Of a stretch of DNA of 64,000 nucleotides, positions 62,210 to 64,000 are shown piece by piece. Both the position numbers and the translations under genes were made by a program. The DNA comes from Xanthobacteraceae bacterium (GTDB lineage Bacteria > Pseudomonadota > Alphaproteobacteria > Rhizobiales > Xanthobacteraceae). Position 1 is the stretch's first letter. Each line of letters begins with the position of its first letter. Under the pieces are notes generated by a model. It did no database searches. It was not told the DNA's origin and worked only from the letters and a program-made list of their open reading frames with translations. Location: positions 41,921-105,920 of the forward strand of contig JALHLQ010000003.1 of assembly GCA_022844485.1 (NCBI GenBank), written 5' to 3'.

Positions 62210-62896
62210 GTGATCCATGACCCGCGCGCCTTCGTCCTCGAGAACACGCGCCTGCGGCCGGTTCCGCTCGTGCCGGAGATCAAGCTCCGGGTCGCCGACG
62301 AGGCTCTGCCCCTCTGGACCAAGACGGAAGAGCAGCTCGAAGCGATCGGTCTGCCGCCGCCCTACTGGGCCTTTGCCTGGGCCGGCGGACAGGCGCTTGC
62401 GCGCTACGTGCTCGATCGCCCCGAACTGGTTGCGAACCGCCGGGTGCTGGACCTTGCATCGGGTTCCGGTCTCGTCGGCATTGCCGCGGCCAAAGCGGCT
62501 GCGGTGCCGGTCGTCGCGTCCGACATCGACGCCTTTGCCGAGGCGGCCATTGCGCTCAATGGCGAAGCCAATGATGTGTATCTCGAGACGCTCCTGCTTG
62601 ATCTGCTCGAGGTACCGTCGCCCCGGGAGACCCGTTACGACGTCATCCTTGTCGGCGATCTTTTCTACGAGCAGGACACGGCAGTGCGCGCCCTCGCCTT
62701 CCTCGACCGCCATGCGGCGCTTGGCAGCCACGTGCTGATCGGCGATCCGGGCCGAACCTATCTGCCTCGCGCGCGGCTCGCCGCCGCTTGCGAATACGAA
62801 GTCCCGGTCAGCCGCGACCTCGAGGACCGGGAAATCAAGCATACGAGCGTCTGGTCGCTGGTGCCCGGGCCCTCGGAGGCCGTGTCGGCGGTTTGA
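62210..62896 (+). CDS. Class I SAM-dependent methyltransferase (Methyltransf_16/PrmA-like)
   Basis: GTG at 62210. SAM motif I VLDLASGSGLVGIAAA, followed by an acidic DID. Confidence 0.7.
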   Translation: MIHDPRAFVLENTRLRPVPLVPEIKLRVADEALPLWTKTEEQLEAIGLPPPYWAFAWAGGQALARYVLDRPELVANRRVLDLASGSGLVGIAAAKAAAVPVVASDIDAFAEAAIALNGEANDVYLETLLLDLLEVPSPRETRYDVILVGDLFYEQDTAVRALAFLDRHAALGSHVLIGDPGRTYLPRARLAAACEYEVPVSRDLEDREIKHTSVWSLVPGPSEAVSAV

Positions 62897-62938
62897 TGTC
62901 AATGCAGCAGTTCTGATTTGCGCAACATGGGAGGGGCT

Positions 62939-63364
62939 ATGTCTTTTGCAGGGATCGACTACTGGTCCGTTTTCATTGCCGCCGTGCTCGGCAATGTCGC
63001 CGGCGCCATCTGGTATTGGGCATTCGCCAAGCCATGGATGGCCGCCAATGGCCTCACGCCTGAGATGATCAAGCGTGCCGGCAACGCCGGCTCGCTCGCG
63101 CGCTATGTCCTCGCCCTCCTCGCTCAACTGATCATGGCGGGCACCTTGGCGGGGGTCATCGGCCATCTCGGGCAGGACCAGGTCACGCTGCGAAACGGCA
63201 TCATCTCCGGAGCCATGATCTGGGCCGGCTTTGTCGCGACGACGATGCTGATCAATCACGCCTTCTCGATGCGCAGACCCCAGTCTTTGCTGATCGACGG
63301 CGGATACTGGCTCGTCGTGCTCGTCCTGATGGGCGGTGTCATCGGCGGGTTGGGCGTCAAATAG
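62939..63364 (+). CDS. DUF1761-family membrane protein
   Basis: ATG at 62939 after GGGAGGGG. Four TM helices, with IDYWSVFIAAVLGNVAGAIWYWAFAKPW typical of DUF1761. Confidence 0.6.
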   Translation: MSFAGIDYWSVFIAAVLGNVAGAIWYWAFAKPWMAANGLTPEMIKRAGNAGSLARYVLALLAQLIMAGTLAGVIGHLGQDQVTLRNGIISGAMIWAGFVATTMLINHAFSMRRPQSLLIDGGYWLVVLVLMGGVIGGLGVK

Positions 63365-63508
63365 ACCGTCTCCGGAGAACACCCTACCAACCAAAGTGTG
63401 ACGGCGGGCCGCTTGTTCGCCCTGCGCGGCAGAGCGCATAATGGGCGCCATGATCGGTCGGATGGCGCGGGCATCTCCACGCGCGCCAGGCGTCAAAGGG
63501 AGCGAAGC

Positions 63509-64000
63509 ATGTCGGACAAGGCCTACGAAGTTCCGGCGGAATGGAGCAAACGCGCTTTCATCGATGATGCGAAATACCGCGCGATGTATGAGCGCTCGAT
63601 CAAGGACCCGACCGGGTTCTGGGCCGAACAGGCGCGGCGGCTTGATTGGTTCAAAGCCCCGACCAAGATCAAGAACACGTCCTACGATCCGCACAACGTC
63701 TCGATCAAATGGTACGAGGACGGAACGCTGAACGTCGCCTACAACTGCGTCGACCGGCATCTCGCGAAACGCGGGGATCAAGTCGCGATCATTTGGGAAG
63801 GCGACGATCCGAAGGACGACAAGAAGATCACCTATCGGCAGCTCCATGCCGAGGTGTGCCGTTTCGCGAATGTCCTGAAGGCGCGCGGCGTCAAGAAGGG
63901 CGACCGCGTCACGATCTATCTGCCGATGATCCCCGAGGCGGCTTATGCGATGCTGGCCTGCGCGCGCATCGGCGCGATCCATTCCGTGGTATTCGGCGGG
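63509..64000 (+). CDS. acs: Acetyl-CoA synthetase, N-terminal part (runs off window end)
   Basis: ATG at 63509 after [56 protein letters not shown]...[12 protein letters not shown]...HSVVFGG is canonical Acs. The frame is open to position 64000, and it is absent from the ORF track because it has no stop. Confidence 0.9.
   Translation, partial: MSDKAYEVPAEWSKRAFIDDAKYRAMYERSIKDPTGFWAEQARRLDWFKAPTKIKNTSYDPHNVSIKWYEDGTLNVAYNCVDRHLAKRGDQVAIIWEGDDPKDDKKITYRQLHAEVCRFANVLKARGVKKGDRVTIYLPMIPEAAYAMLACARIGAIHSVVFGG

Noticed and set aside
61301-63982. An 893-aa minus-strand ORF, the longest in the window. Similar very long antisense ORFs are at 42694-44829 (-), 44549-46423 (-), 5768-7339 (-), 27134-28681 (-), 54993-56954 (+), 58043-59653 (+) and 59593-60819 (-).
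   Set aside because: Each lies opposite genes with clear family motifs (gpsA, EVE, acs, the ThDP enzyme, the CoA ligase, hemY, hemC, tsaD and others). Their translations are Arg/Gly/Asp/Pro-rich low-complexity strings with no recognisable motifs. This is the usual stop-codon-poor shadow frame of GC-rich DNA.

Overview
High-G+C alphaproteobacterial chromosome segment; a Hyphomicrobiales/Rhizobiales origin is my inference from gene content and repeat type. All calls come from reading the ORF translations and the DNA by eye; no database search was run.

Layout:
- 1-4.0 kb: cytochrome c maturation genes (ccmB fragment, ccmC, ccmD, ccmG), a Bug/TctC binding protein and a membrane EEP-family protein.
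- 4.1-33.4 kb: a large mosaic Wzx/Wzy-type exopolysaccharide (EPS) locus with many strand switches and visibly lower G+C in places. It holds a polyprenyl-P sugar phosphotransferase, a GT-C-like membrane protein with a UbiA-type transferase and a HAD phosphatase, and a Wzy-like polymerase. It also holds two GH5 glycanases (one Sec-type, one with RTX repeats), two Wzx flippases, GT8-like, GT2, GT26 and two GT4 transferases, an ExoP-like co-polymerase/kinase, an ExoF/Wza-like exporter and a CDP-hexose module.
- 33.6-41.8 kb: housekeeping genes (typA, orphan TRAP binding protein, GNAT, folD, yggT, tRNA-Ala, RidA, GATase1, SDR, TerB).
- 41.9-50.1 kb: a GntR regulator and a six-gene operon for a B12-dependent acyl-CoA mutase with the 2-hydroxyisobutyryl-CoA mutase (HcmA) signature. 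The operon also contains an oxalyl-CoA decarboxylase/2-hydroxyacyl-CoA lyase-type ThDP enzyme.
- 50.2-52.2 kb: small stress-type genes (dodecin, class II aldolase, DUF3008, DUF892).
- 52.2-54.5 kb: a tRNA-Thr-adjacent islet with a class II Fic protein, AT-rich 24-bp tandem repeats and an IS remnant.
- 54.7-64.0 kb: hemY, a mitofilin-like gene, hemD, hemC, then tsaD, gpsA, EVE, a methyltransferase, DUF1761 and the start of acs.

I saw no rRNA, CRISPR array or intact mobile element.

Most interesting observations:
- The mutase, ThDP-lyase-like gene and CoA ligase in one operon.
- A roughly 95%-identical segmental duplication bracketing a GT2 gene between the exoP-like and exoF-like genes.
- The UbiA/HAD/GT-C-like module, which suggests a lipid-linked pentofuranose donor.
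- The nested-palindrome REP family at convergent gene junctions.
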